Shown piece by piece: positions 1 through 9,007 of a DNA stretch of 64,000 nucleotides. This DNA comes from Nanobdellota archaeon (GTDB lineage: Archaea; Nanobdellota; Nanobdellia; Pacearchaeales; GW2011-AR1): assembly GCA_038044405.1 (NCBI GenBank), contig JBBTAC010000002.1, positions 58,547 to 122,546 on the forward strand. Reading direction: 5' to 3'. The position numbers and the translations under genes are program-made. The notes under the pieces are model-generated. The model saw only the letters and a program-made list of their open reading frames with translations, ran no database searches and had not been told where the DNA came from. The first letter of the stretch is position 1. Each line of letters starts with the position of its first letter.

Positions 1-2
1 AC

Positions 3-704
3 GCAGGAAAGTTAGAAGAAATAGAAGAGGGTTTTTCTTTTATATCTGATAAAACTATTTTGAAATTCTCAAAAGTGAAAAATGATGGCGAGATAAAAGT
101 TTTTTGTTCAGATATTTCTCCAACTCCAGAAGAAGAAGGCCACTTCGTAGCAGGTGAAGGCGGACCTTCAGAAATAATAGACGTAGAAAATTATGCCGTT
201 ATTTTTTCAGGAAAGATATCTTTGTTTAGAAAAAGCAGTTGTCAAAAACCCAATATAGCAATTCACGAAATACTTCATGCATTAGGTTTTGACCACAACA
301 ACAATCAAAGAAGCATTATGTACCCTATAACTGATTGCAGTCAAACATTGGATCAATATATCATAGACGAAATTAATAAACTTTACAGTATAAAAGAACT
401 GCCAGATTTGACAGTAGAAAGAATCTCTGCAGAAAAAAGCGGTGTTTATCTTAAATTCAAAATAACAATAGCAAATCTTGGATTGAAAGATTCTTCAAAT
501 TCAGTTTTAAGCATTTATGCAGGAGATGAATTAATAAAAGAATTTGATTTAGAATCATTTGATATAGGGGCCAGAAAGATACTGAGTGTAGACAACTTAA
601 GAGTATCAAGGAATTCTAATTCCATAACATTTGAGATTAAGTCCTCAGATAACGATTTGAATAAAGAAAACAATGTTGTCAATCTAGCATTATTAAATAA
701 TTAA
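3..704 (+). CDS. Matrixin/metzincin-like Zn metalloprotease with C-terminal CARDB (Ig-like) domain; 5'-truncated by window edge
   Basis: HEILHALGFDH (HExxHxxGxxH) plus Met-turn SIMYP. C-terminal PDLTV...IANLG...NKENN is CARDB-like. Frame is open from base 3, so the TTG at 60 is probably not the real start. Confidence 0.8.
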   Translation, partial: AGKLEEIEEGFSFISDKTILKFSKVKNDGEIKVFCSDISPTPEEEGHFVAGEGGPSEIIDVENYAVIFSGKISLFRKSSCQKPNIAIHEILHALGFDHNNNQRSIMYPITDCSQTLDQYIIDEINKLYSIKELPDLTVERISAEKSGVYLKFKITIANLGLKDSSNSVLSIYAGDELIKEFDLESFDIGARKILSVDNLRVSRNSNSITFEIKSSDNDLNKENNVVNLALLNN

Positions 705-767
705 TAAATTATATAGCAACACCTTTAAATATATAATTCACCCTAATAATCTATCAAGAGGTAGAAA

Positions 768-1268
768 ATGTCAGAAAAAGATAGAATAATTGAAGAAAAG
801 ATTTCTCATTCTGGAATTTTTGATTTCAAGAGTTTTTATAGTTACGCTCACAGCTGGTTTAAAGACGAAAAATTTGGAGTTACAGAGGAAAAATATTCTG
901 AAAAAGTTTCAGGAAACTCAAGAGACATTACGATAGAATGGATGGCGACAAAAAAACTTTCAGATTATTTTAAAACAGAATTCAAAATAGAATTTAAGAT
1001 AGAAGGATTAACTGAAGTTGAAGTTGAAATAGATAAGCAAAGAAAAAAAATGAACAAAGGAAAAGTCGAAGTTAAAATATCAGGGGTCATGGTTAAAGAT
1101 CCAGATAGCAAATGGGACAAAACAGCATTTTATCGTTTTCTAAGAGACGTTTATAACAAATATGTTATTCCAGGAAGAGTTGAAAATATAGAAGGCATGA
1201 TAAGAAAGACAGTAGTCGACTTCAAGGAAGAAATTAAAGCATTTTTAGAGTTAAGTGGAAGGAGGTAA
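768..1268 (+). CDS. Hypothetical protein (166 aa)
   Basis: Clean ORF with GAGGT SD and upstream TTTAAATA box. Confidence 0.7.
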   Translation: MSEKDRIIEEKISHSGIFDFKSFYSYAHSWFKDEKFGVTEEKYSEKVSGNSRDITIEWMATKKLSDYFKTEFKIEFKIEGLTEVEVEIDKQRKKMNKGKVEVKISGVMVKDPDSKWDKTAFYRFLRDVYNKYVIPGRVENIEGMIRKTVVDFKEEIKAFLELSGRR

Positions 1269-1283
1269 TTTATTTATAAATAC

Positions 1284-1326
1284 ATCAAGAACTCAACTCC
1301 GGAATTTAGTCCTAGAGTTCTTGACA
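1284..1326 (-). repeat. Single-hairpin member of the TGTCAAG...TTGAT dispersed repeat family
   Basis: TCAAGAACTC/GAGTTCTTGA inverted repeat; minus strand reads TGTCAAGA...TTGAT like 14520-14647. Confidence 0.5.
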
Positions 1327-1363
1327 CATAAATATTTATATAACTATTTTACAATATATCAGT

Positions 1364-2743
1364 ATGAAATTCAAATTTATCTCATTAACATTGCTTCTTC
1401 TTATGACATTGCCCCTTGTTGCAGCAGAGTTTAATCTAGAAATAGAAAAAATAGACAAGGGTTCAGTAGTAATAAAGGAATTGCGTAATCCCGCAATGTT
1501 TGATTTTATAATAAAGAATACAGGAGATTCTGAAAATGCCGAAATTTATAGTCTTGTTGGTGTTTCAATGGCGCCTAAAGGAACTTTCTTAATTCCAACA
1601 GGCAAGTCAACAACAATGGTAAGGGCATATCTAGGTGAAGAATTTCTAAAAAGAGAGGAGAGGTATTCTTTTGAATATCAAATCAAAGGTCAGACAAGCG
1701 GAATATTTAAGGATCAATTAAATGTTCAAGTAGTCGCATTAGCAGATGTTTTTGAAATCAGACCAGTTAATCTCCATCCGGATAACGAAATAGTAAATAT
1801 AGGGATAAAAAATAATGTAAATTCTTTAATAGAGAACGTAAAAATAACTCTTCATTCAGAGTTTTTTGAGGTAGATCAAGTAATTAGTTTCAAGCCATTT
1901 GAAAAAGTAGATATTCCTGTAAAAATAGATAAAACTAAAATAACAAAATTAAGAGCAGGACCATATCCAGTAAAAGCTGAAATTTCATTAGACAAGTTTT
2001 CAGTAGAAATTGAAGGAGCAATTAATTATCTTGAGAAAGAAGGTACATCCGTAACGAAGAATACAGACGGCCTTATAATAGAAAGGTCAACTGTAAAGGA
2101 AGTCAATGAAGGAAATGTACCTGTAACCTCGACTATAGAAATAAAAAAAGATATAGTTTCTAGATTATTTACAGCATATTCGACTCAGCCAATTTCATCA
2201 GATAGAAAAGGCCTATTTGTAGAGTACACTTGGAAAAAAGATCTTCCTCCAGGAGAGGCATTTAATGTAGTTGCGACGACAAATTACACATTTCCATTCC
2301 TTTTCGCAATATTTGTAGTAGCAATCGCATTATCTGTTTGGTTTTATTCTGTAACAGCAATAGGCTTACATAAAACAGTATCTTTCGTAAGAACAAAAGG
2401 GGGAGAATTCGCATTACGAGTTCGAGTACGCGTAAGAGCAAAGAAGCAAGTAACTAATGCCCATATAAGCGATCGCTTACCTCACATGACCAAGTTATAT
2501 GAAAAATTCGATCACAAGGCAGATAAAATAGATCATAGTACGGGAAGACTATCCTGGAGTATTAATCATCTCAACAAAGGAGAAGAAAGGACATTCTCCT
2601 ATATAGTGTACTCAAAAATGCAAACCGTTGGCCGATTTGAATTGCCTCAAGCAATGGCGACATTCGATCACGAAGGAAAGAGGCATGAAGTATCTTCAAA
2701 CAAAGCATTCTTCGTCTCAGAGATGCATTCGCAAGAAGCATAA
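1364..2743 (+). CDS. Secreted, membrane-anchored protein with Ig-like beta domains
   Basis: N-terminal signal peptide, TM segment FPFLFAIFVVAIALSVWFY, C-terminal DUF11-like beta segment. Confidence 0.65.
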   Translation: MKFKFISLTLLLLMTLPLVAAEFNLEIEKIDKGSVVIKELRNPAMFDFIIKNTGDSENAEIYSLVGVSMAPKGTFLIPTGKSTTMVRAYLGEEFLKREERYSFEYQIKGQTSGIFKDQLNVQVVALADVFEIRPVNLHPDNEIVNIGIKNNVNSLIENVKITLHSEFFEVDQVISFKPFEKVDIPVKIDKTKITKLRAGPYPVKAEISLDKFSVEIEGAINYLEKEGTSVTKNTDGLIIERSTVKEVNEGNVPVTSTIEIKKDIVSRLFTAYSTQPISSDRKGLFVEYTWKKDLPPGEAFNVVATTNYTFPFLFAIFVVAIALSVWFYSVTAIGLHKTVSFVRTKGGEFALRVRVRVRAKKQVTNAHISDRLPHMTKLYEKFDHKADKIDHSTGRLSWSINHLNKGEERTFSYIVYSKMQTVGRFELPQAMATFDHEGKRHEVSSNKAFFVSEMHSQEA

Positions 2744-2783
2744 AGCATAAAGTTTTAAATACACTTTTTCACTAAAAGATTTA

Positions 2784-2930
2784 CCCCTCGTAGCTCAGCG
2801 GTTAGAGCGTCCGGCTGTAGAATAGCGCAGACATTCTCCTATAGGAGACCAGGATGAAGCGTAATCGGTAATATTGCGTTAGCAATAAGCAGACCCCGGG
2901 AGATCCCCAGTTCGATTCTGGGCGGGGGGA
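2784..2930 (+). tRNA. tRNA-Tyr(GTA) with 74-nt intron at 37/38 (2821-2894)
   Basis: Acceptor CCCCTCG/CGGGGGG; anticodon stem TCCGG/CCGGG; T-arm CCCAG-TTCGATT-CTGGG; BHB central helix CTGT/GCAG with 3-nt bulges AGA and ACC. Confidence 0.92.
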
Positions 2931-2998
2931 TATTCATACTCCAAGAGAGTATGAAAGTTTCTTCCAGAAATCTAGTGTAATTCAATTAATTTTCCAAA

Positions 2999-3079
2999 AG
3001 TTTGATTCACTTCAACTTTTTGTGTCTGTAAAGTTGGAGTTACCGCGGAGCTTTGCTCTGCGAGTATGGGCGGGGGGAT
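2999..3079 (+). repeat. Interrupted duplicate of tRNA-Tyr T-loop and 3' end
   Basis: AGTTTGATTC (2999-3008) + 58-nt double-hairpin insert + TGGGCGGGGGGAT (3067-3079, identical to 2919-2931). Confidence 0.75.
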
Positions 3080-3127
3080 TTTTATTATTTTCAGCAAGGT
3101 TTTTAAATAGGCCATCTAACAAAAATT

Positions 3128-3541
3128 ATGGCATTAATCACATTGGAAACAAAAGCAATTGAATTTAATGAAAAGCAGAGAGAATTTATAGTTGTAGATA
3201 GAAATATAGGTTCTCCAGCACCAAAATATTTTATTTCATATAACAATGGATCTCCATTTATATCTGATGAAGTTCCTGAAGATTATAGAAAACCAATGGT
3301 ATTCCATGAATTAACAGAGTTCGAGTTACTTCAAAATAAAACTGACAAATGTCTTAATGCATTATTAGCAGAATTAAAAACTATTCCAAAAAACAAAAGA
3401 AAAGACTATTTTGAATTCAGAAGAGAAGTATTTGAAAATTTAATAAGTTTTTTAGAGGAATATCAATCCAATTCGTCTCTTATTCCAGAAGTAAGAAAGA
3501 GCCTAAATCACTTAAAGAATAATTTCCCAAGTTCGCATTAA
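3128..3541 (+). CDS. Hypothetical protein with HExxE (FHELTE) zincin-like motif
   Basis: Clean ORF; motif only. Confidence 0.55.
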   Translation: MALITLETKAIEFNEKQREFIVVDRNIGSPAPKYFISYNNGSPFISDEVPEDYRKPMVFHELTEFELLQNKTDKCLNALLAELKTIPKNKRKDYFEFRREVFENLISFLEEYQSNSSLIPEVRKSLNHLKNNFPSSH

Positions 3542-3621
3542 ATCCACTCCAAAAACAATACAAAGATTTAAAAACGATCCTGTTTATTTTTTGTTGCAGA
3601 TTATTCTGCGCGAGGTAAAAA

Positions 3622-3786
3622 ATGAGAAAAAAACAAGAAGTTGAAGAAGATGAATTCGAGGATGAAGATTCTTCTGACGAAGAAGAAGAGGAAAAACCGT
3701 CTAAAGCAAAAGGAAAAGGAAAAGAAAAAAACGAAGAAGAAGATGAAGACGAAGAAGAAGACGAAGATTCCGAAGAAGATTTTTAA
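3622..3786 (+). CDS. Highly acidic 54-aa microprotein (not in ORF track)
   Basis: GAGGT SD at 3612-3616; translates MRKKQEVEEDEFEDEDSSDEEEEEKPSKAKGKGKEKNEEEDEDEEEDEDSEEDF; followed by T-rich terminator. Confidence 0.7.
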   Translation: MRKKQEVEEDEFEDEDSSDEEEEEKPSKAKGKGKEKNEEEDEDEEEDEDSEEDF

Positions 3787-3883
3787 TTAAAGTCTTAATT
3801 TTATGACTTTTACTTTTATTTTTTTATTTTTAATATTGTTCAAATACATATAACCTTAAAAATGTCTTAATGCCCTAAAGAAG

Positions 3884-5482
3884 ATGGCTGAAAAAAACCC
3901 ACTTTATATTCTTCCTGAAAATACTTCTAGAACTCTTGGAAGAGATGCACAGAGAAATAATATCCTTGCAGCAAAAGTAATAGCTGACATTGTTAAGACA
4001 ACTTTAGGTCCAAAAGGCATGGATAAAATGCTTGTAGATTCCTCAGGCAATATTATTATTACAAACGACGGAGTTACAATTCTTGAAGAAATGGAAATAG
4101 ATCATCCAGCTGCAAAGATGATGGTTGAAATTGCAAAAACGCAGGAAGCAGAAGTTGGAGACGGAACAACAACTGTCGCATTATTAGCTGGAAAATTATT
4201 AGAATATGCAGAAAGACTTCTAGATAGAAATTTGCATCCAACAATAATAGTAAAGGGTTACAGATTAGCAGCAGAAAAGGCAATTCAAATATTAAATGAA
4301 ATATCTGTTCAAATCCAAGAAAGAGAAATACTTGAGCAAATAGCCCAAACAGCAATGACTGGAAAGGGTGCAGAGGGAAATAAAGAAATGTTAGCAGAAA
4401 TTATAGTTAAGGCCGTAGAACAAATTGCATTGGGCAAGGAAATAAATATTCACGATATAAAAATAGAGAAAATTAAAGGAGATAGCATAAAAGAAAGCGA
4501 GTTAGTTCGAGGCATAGTGCTGGATAAAGAAAGAGCAAATTCAGATATGCCAAAAAGAATAGAAAATGCAAGAATTCTTCTTATAGACATACCCCTTGAG
4601 TTAAGAAATCCAGAAATCGAGGCAAAGATTTCTGTTTCAACTCCAGAACAACTTGAGAGTTTCGTACAATCAGAAGAAAGATATCTAAAAACTATGACCG
4701 ATAAAATAATTGCTTCTGGGGTGAATGTCATCTTCTGTCAAAAAGGAATAGATGATGTAGCCCAGTATTATTTAGCGAAAGCAAAGATTTTCGGATTGCG
4801 CAGAATTACAAGATCCGATATGGAAAAATTAGCAAGAGCAACAGGAGCAAAGATAGTATCGAATCTTTCAGATATAGATGAAAAAATATGGGGAAGAGCA
4901 GATATAGTTGAAGAGATAAAAAGAGGAGAAGATTCTGTAACTTACGTAAGAGGCTGTAGTAATCCTCGAGCATTAACAATTGTATTGCGCGGAAGTTCAA
5001 CACATGTTTTAGATGAAATTGAAAGGGCAGTTAAAGATGGTCTAGGTGATGTGGTTGCAGCTGTAAAAAGCGGTAAAATTGTTCCAGGCGGAGGCGCAAT
5101 AGAAATGGAAGTTTCACGAAGACTAAGAATTTACGCAAAAACTCTATCAGGTAGGGAACAGTTAGCAATAGATGAATTTGCAAATGCCTTAGAGTCTATT
5201 CCAGAGGCGTTAGCAGAAAATGCAGGACTTGACCCTATAGACATTTTGACAGAATTAAAAAAAAGACATGAAGCAGGACTTTACAATCATGGCTTAAATC
5301 TTTTTAAAAATGAAATTGAAGATACATTTAGTGCAGGCATAATAGAGCCTCTAAAGGTAAAAACGCAGGCAATTAATTCAGCATCAGAAGTTGCGACAAT
5401 GATACTTCGTATAGACGACGTTTTAATCAGCAGTTCTAAAAATAAAACAAATCAGATTAAGAATTACGAAGAAGACGACTAA
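3884..5482 (+). CDS. thsA: Thermosome (group II chaperonin) subunit
   Basis: [28 protein letters not shown] and PGGGAIE motifs. Confidence 0.96.
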   Translation: MAEKNPLYILPENTSRTLGRDAQRNNILAAKVIADIVKTTLGPKGMDKMLVDSSGNIIITNDGVTILEEMEIDHPAAKMMVEIAKTQEAEVGDGTTTVALLAGKLLEYAERLLDRNLHPTIIVKGYRLAAEKAIQILNEISVQIQEREILEQIAQTAMTGKGAEGNKEMLAEIIVKAVEQIALGKEINIHDIKIEKIKGDSIKESELVRGIVLDKERANSDMPKRIENARILLIDIPLELRNPEIEAKISVSTPEQLESFVQSEERYLKTMTDKIIASGVNVIFCQKGIDDVAQYYLAKAKIFGLRRITRSDMEKLARATGAKIVSNLSDIDEKIWGRADIVEEIKRGEDSVTYVRGCSNPRALTIVLRGSSTHVLDEIERAVKDGLGDVVAAVKSGKIVPGGGAIEMEVSRRLRIYAKTLSGREQLAIDEFANALESIPEALAENAGLDPIDILTELKKRHEAGLYNHGLNLFKNEIEDTFSAGIIEPLKVKTQAINSASEVATMILRIDDVLISSSKNKTNQIKNYEEDD

Positions 5483-5528
5483 TATCAATTAAAAACCTTT
5501 AAATAACTCTAATAAATTGTCTTATTAT

Positions 5529-5640
5529 GCGGTCATAGTTTAGTGGTAGAACGTGACATTGCCAATAGCAAGATGGAACATCTTGGAATGTTCGCTTACG
5601 CAAACATGTCATAGTGCGGGTTCGATTCCCGCTGACCGCA
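5529..5640 (+). tRNA. tRNA-Gly(GCC) with 41-nt intron at 37/38 (5565-5605)
   Basis: Acceptor GCGGTCA/TGACCGC; anticodon stem TGACA/TGTCA; T-arm GCGGG-TTCGATT-CCCGC; BHB helix TTGC/GCAA with bulges CAA and ACA. Confidence 0.93.
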
Positions 5641-5712
5641 TTTAGTCACATTTTTAAACATCTATATTTTTAAAATAAAAGGGTCGACATATAAAGGGAA
5701 GTTGACCCATAA

Positions 5713-5783
5713 GGCCTCGTAGTCTAGTGGCAAAACGGCTCGTTTACACCGAGCAGTCAGGAGTTCGATTCTCTTCGAGGCCA
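5713..5783 (+). tRNA. tRNA-Val(TAC)
   Basis: Acceptor GGCCTCG/CGAGGCC; anticodon arm GCTCG-TTTACAC-CGAGC; T-arm AGGAG-TTCGATT-CTCTT. Confidence 0.95.
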
Positions 5784-5793
5784 TAGTTAAACA

Positions 5794-6438
5794 ATGAAAA
5801 AAGAAACATTTCAGAAAAAAGGGTATTATCGATTGCTTCAAATAATCTTTTTGGGATTTTTCATATTCTTTATAATTGTAGGTATTCGAGGTATTTTTTA
5901 CGGAGAGGGTGAACCCTTTGTCGGGTTTATCTTTGCAAGCATTTTAGTTATCGTGTACTGGCTAATCATGAGAAGTAATGGTTTAATGGGCGGTTTCGTT
6001 TTTGGTGTGATATTTGGCCTTCTTTTATTATTTGCAATATCTAAACTTAATCCGGGAGACGAAATAGCTGGTATAGTGATATTCACCATATTAATAAGCG
6101 GATTATTTTTTGCTTTCATAGGATATTTAATTCAAAATAACTTTACAAAGAAGAAAATGAAAAAATACACATGGAGAAATTGCATAGAATATCTTAAAGA
6201 TAATCCTAACGGATATTGGTTTAAGAGAAAATTATATGGTTGGGGCTGGGTGCCCGTCAAGTTGCAAGGATGGCTTGTAGTTCTTTTAGCCATATCTATT
6301 TTCGTCGCTAGTATTTATGTCGGAGAAGTTGATGATGCTCCTGGTGCGGTATTGATGGGATTTTTGTTAATGCTTGCAATTATATTTTTCTTTTGTTATT
6401 GGAAAGGCGAGAAACCTAAATGGAGTTGGGGAAGATAG
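5794..6438 (+). CDS. Multi-pass membrane protein, apparently a fusion of three small modules
   Basis: About 6 TM segments; internal Met starts (MRSNG, MKKYTW); C-terminal module carries YWFKRKLYGWGWVP motif; N-terminal module resembles 6567-6806. Confidence 0.7.
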   Translation: MKKETFQKKGYYRLLQIIFLGFFIFFIIVGIRGIFYGEGEPFVGFIFASILVIVYWLIMRSNGLMGGFVFGVIFGLLLLFAISKLNPGDEIAGIVIFTILISGLFFAFIGYLIQNNFTKKKMKKYTWRNCIEYLKDNPNGYWFKRKLYGWGWVPVKLQGWLVVLLAISIFVASIYVGEVDDAPGAVLMGFLLMLAIIFFFCYWKGEKPKWSWGR

Positions 6439-6473
6439 ACAATCTTTAAGTTATTAGAACCTTTAGGATGTCT

Positions 6474-6565
6474 TCGTTTACACCGAGCAGTCAGGAGTTC
6501 GATTACTTCAAAATTTACATTTTGAATGTCCCAGAGATATTAATCTCTGAGCTCTTCGAGGCCAT
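6474..6565 (+). repeat. Interrupted duplicate of tRNA-Val(TAC) 3' half
   Basis: 6474-6504 = 5740-5770 (31 nt identical); 47-nt double-hairpin insert 6505-6551; 6552-6565 = 5771-5784. Confidence 0.9.
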
Positions 6566-6566
6566 A

Positions 6567-6806
6567 TTATCTTTTACGATTTTTTAAAGGTAGAAACCTA
6601 TCCTCAAACATAACATAATAAAATATTCTTTTGACAAGCCAGTATATAAGAATAAAAGCAATTATCCAAATGACTCCAATGAAAGGCATATCGTCTTCAT
6701 AAAAAACAGCCCAAATACTAAGAAGTATCAAGAATATGAGAGAGCTCCAAAATATCATTTGAACTAATAGAAAATACCATTTTTTATGAAATGTTTTCTT
6801 ATTCAT
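6567..6806 (-). CDS. Small 2-TM membrane protein, paralog of the N-terminus of 5794-6438
   Basis: MNKKTFHKKWYFLLVQMIFW...PFIG...IYWL vs MKKETFQKKGYYRLLQIIF...PFVG...VYWL. Confidence 0.7.
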   Translation of the reverse strand: MNKKTFHKKWYFLLVQMIFWSSLIFLILLSIWAVFYEDDMPFIGVIWIIAFILIYWLVKRIFYYVMFEDRFLPLKNRKR

Positions 6807-6909
6807 ATTATTCCAAATATTTTATATTTTAAATGTATTGCGATGCATTTCTAAGCCATAGCTAGAAACATCCAAAAGAATTATAAACTAATTTTAAATT
6901 ATCTTTATA

Positions 6910-7461
6910 ATGAGATTTTCAGTTCATTTAAATTTTTTCAAAAGAGTTTTCAGTAATGTTAAATACGTATTTATAGCAATTATAATCTCAATTTTATTTT
7001 ACAGTTTAAATGTTTTAATAGCAAATTATAAGACAATTATTGATTTCTATTTATCCTTAGGATTTTTTGGAACAATTAAGCTCTTTATTAATTTAGCCAT
7101 GGGTTTTTACAACTCAATTCTCTTATCCTCTTTTATCAGTTTAGTTGCAATAAGTATTCTATTAGGGATTTTATCAAGTCTAATCTTTTATAGAATAAAT
7201 ATATTAAAACAGGCAATGGGAAAGTCAAGTTTTCTTGCAACCCTAGGAACTTTCTTAGGGATTTTTGCACCAGGATGCGCTGCATGCGGATTAGGACTTG
7301 CATCAACGCTAGGCCTTAGTGCGGTATTTTTAGCATTTCTTCCATTAAAAGGATTAGAATTATCCTTTCTCGCGATTATAATTCTTACAATAGCAATATT
7401 TAAAACCTCTAATGATTCATGTAAAATAATGATTAAAAATAAAAATGAAAGGAGGTTATAA
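6910..7461 (+). CDS. Membrane protein with CxxC (GCAACG) motif
   Basis: 4-5 TM segments; CAAC inside a hydrophobic segment; stop overlaps start of the DsbA-like gene. Confidence 0.7.
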   Translation: MRFSVHLNFFKRVFSNVKYVFIAIIISILFYSLNVLIANYKTIIDFYLSLGFFGTIKLFINLAMGFYNSILLSSFISLVAISILLGILSSLIFYRINILKQAMGKSSFLATLGTFLGIFAPGCAACGLGLASTLGLSAVFLAFLPLKGLELSFLAIIILTIAIFKTSNDSCKIMIKNKNERRL

Positions 7462-8240
7462 TGAGCGAAAAAGAAGTACATAATACAGAAACAAAGCATG
7501 CAAATTCAGAAGTTATAACTATAAGCAAAAATAGTTTATGGAAATATTCAACTTTCCTTCTTGCAGCTATTTTAATAGTAGGCGCATTTGTATTCTTCAC
7601 TAAAGGAGATTCAAATTCACCAACAGGAAGAGTGATTGATAATTCTGGACAGCAATTGCCAGGTCAAAAAGCAGCAAGTGTAAGTATAGACGATGATGCA
7701 GTTTTAGGAGATAAAAATGCTCCAGTAGAGATCATAGAATTTTCAGACTATCAATGTCCTTTCTGTAGAAAATTTTGGACAGAAACATTTTCCCAAATCA
7801 AGAAAGATTATATTGATACAGGAAAAGTCAAATTTGTTTACAGAGATTTCCCGCTTGAAAGTATCCATCCAGCAGCATTACCTGCAGCTATAGCAGCAGA
7901 ATGTGCTAGAGAAAAGGGCGGAGACAAGGCCTATTTCGAGATGCATGATAAAATATTCAGTGAAGGCAATATTCTTGATAGCGGAACAGCTAATGGTCCA
8001 GTAACAAAAACAGCTCAATTCGGCAACGCTGAATTGAAAAAATGGGCTAAAGATTTAGGTTACGATATCTCTAGTTGTTTAGATAACAAGAAGTATGAGC
8101 AAGAAGTTAGTAAAGATATGGCAGACGGAAGCGCTGCAGGAGTTTCAGGAACACCAGCATTCTTCGTTAATGGCAAATTACTAAGCGGTGCGCAACCATA
8201 CTCGGCATTTAAGCAAGCAATTGAAGCAGAATTAGCATAA
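7461..8240 (+). CDS. DsbA/BdbD-family thiol-disulfide oxidoreductase, membrane-anchored
   Basis: EFSDYQCPFC active site, YRDFPL, GVSGTPAFFVNG cis-Pro loop, GAQPY. Confidence 0.92.
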   Translation: MSEKEVHNTETKHANSEVITISKNSLWKYSTFLLAAILIVGAFVFFTKGDSNSPTGRVIDNSGQQLPGQKAASVSIDDDAVLGDKNAPVEIIEFSDYQCPFCRKFWTETFSQIKKDYIDTGKVKFVYRDFPLESIHPAALPAAIAAECAREKGGDKAYFEMHDKIFSEGNILDSGTANGPVTKTAQFGNAELKKWAKDLGYDISSCLDNKKYEQEVSKDMADGSAAGVSGTPAFFVNGKLLSGAQPYSAFKQAIEAELA

Positions 8241-8285
8241 ATTTATTTTTTATTTTATTTTATTTTTATATTTTTAATTATTAAA

Positions 8286-8891
8286 ATGTCAGAAAAAGTT
8301 AAGTGTGAAATTTGTGATAGAACATTCAAAGATGCAGATGGATTATCCCAGCATAATGCAGCTAAGCATGCAAGTTCAGATAAACATATGCATCATAAAT
8401 CTAAAAAATCAGGCAAAATAATCTTTATATTAATTATAATCTCAATCTTAGGATTTATAATATGGAGCATAAATGGTGCGATTACAGAATCAAATTCTTG
8501 CAAGACAGCCCCTGTAACAGAAATAAATATAGGGACACATCAAGATGTAAAGTTGCATATTCATTCTGAATTAAGAATCGTAATAGATGGCGAAGAACAA
8601 TTCATACCAGCAAATATAGGCGTTCTTCCAGGAATAATGAGGCCTGTTCATACACACGACGCAACTGGCGAGATTCATATGGAAGGACCATGTCAAAGAG
8701 ACTTTAAAGTAGGAGAATTTTTCCAAGTCTGGGGAAAAGAATTTAGTTCGCAATGCATCTTCGATAAATGCATTGACAAGGGAGAATTAAAAATTATTGT
8801 AAACGGAATCCAAAATAACGAATTTGAGAATTATATAATGAGAGATGATGATAATATTGTTATAGAATACAAATCAACCCTTCCTAGCTAA
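8286..8891 (+). CDS. C2H2 zinc finger + TM + His-rich extracellular domain
   Basis: CEICDRTF...HNAAKH; TM; LHIH...PVHTHDATGEIHME. Confidence 0.75.
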   Translation: MSEKVKCEICDRTFKDADGLSQHNAAKHASSDKHMHHKSKKSGKIIFILIIISILGFIIWSINGAITESNSCKTAPVTEINIGTHQDVKLHIHSELRIVIDGEEQFIPANIGVLPGIMRPVHTHDATGEIHMEGPCQRDFKVGEFFQVWGKEFSSQCIFDKCIDKGELKIIVNGIQNNEFENYIMRDDDNIVIEYKSTLPS

Positions 8892-8975
8892 GAATAAGAT
8901 GCTAATTATCATAACTAATAATATTATCCATAAAACAATATTCTTGAACATCCATGCCCATGCTCTTTTATTCAT
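8874..8975 (-). CDS. 33-aa single-TM peptide (not in ORF track)
   Basis: MNKRAWAWMFKNIVLWIILLVMIISILFLARKG; upstream TTTAAATA box on minus strand near 9000. Confidence 0.4.
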   Translation of the reverse strand: MNKRAWAWMFKNIVLWIILLVMIISILFLARKG

Positions 8976-9007
8976 ATTGAATAATAATTTCCGATGTATT
9001 TAAATCT

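Noticed and set aside
2845..2894. Hammerhead ribozyme in the tRNA-Tyr intron
   Set aside because: Lacks the CUGANGA and GAAA cores.
6474..6565. Trans-spliced (split) tRNA-Val 3' half or T-loop intron
   Set aside because: An intact tRNA-Val(TAC) is adjacent, no complementary GC-rich leader is seen, and the insert junctions do not form a convincing BHB motif.
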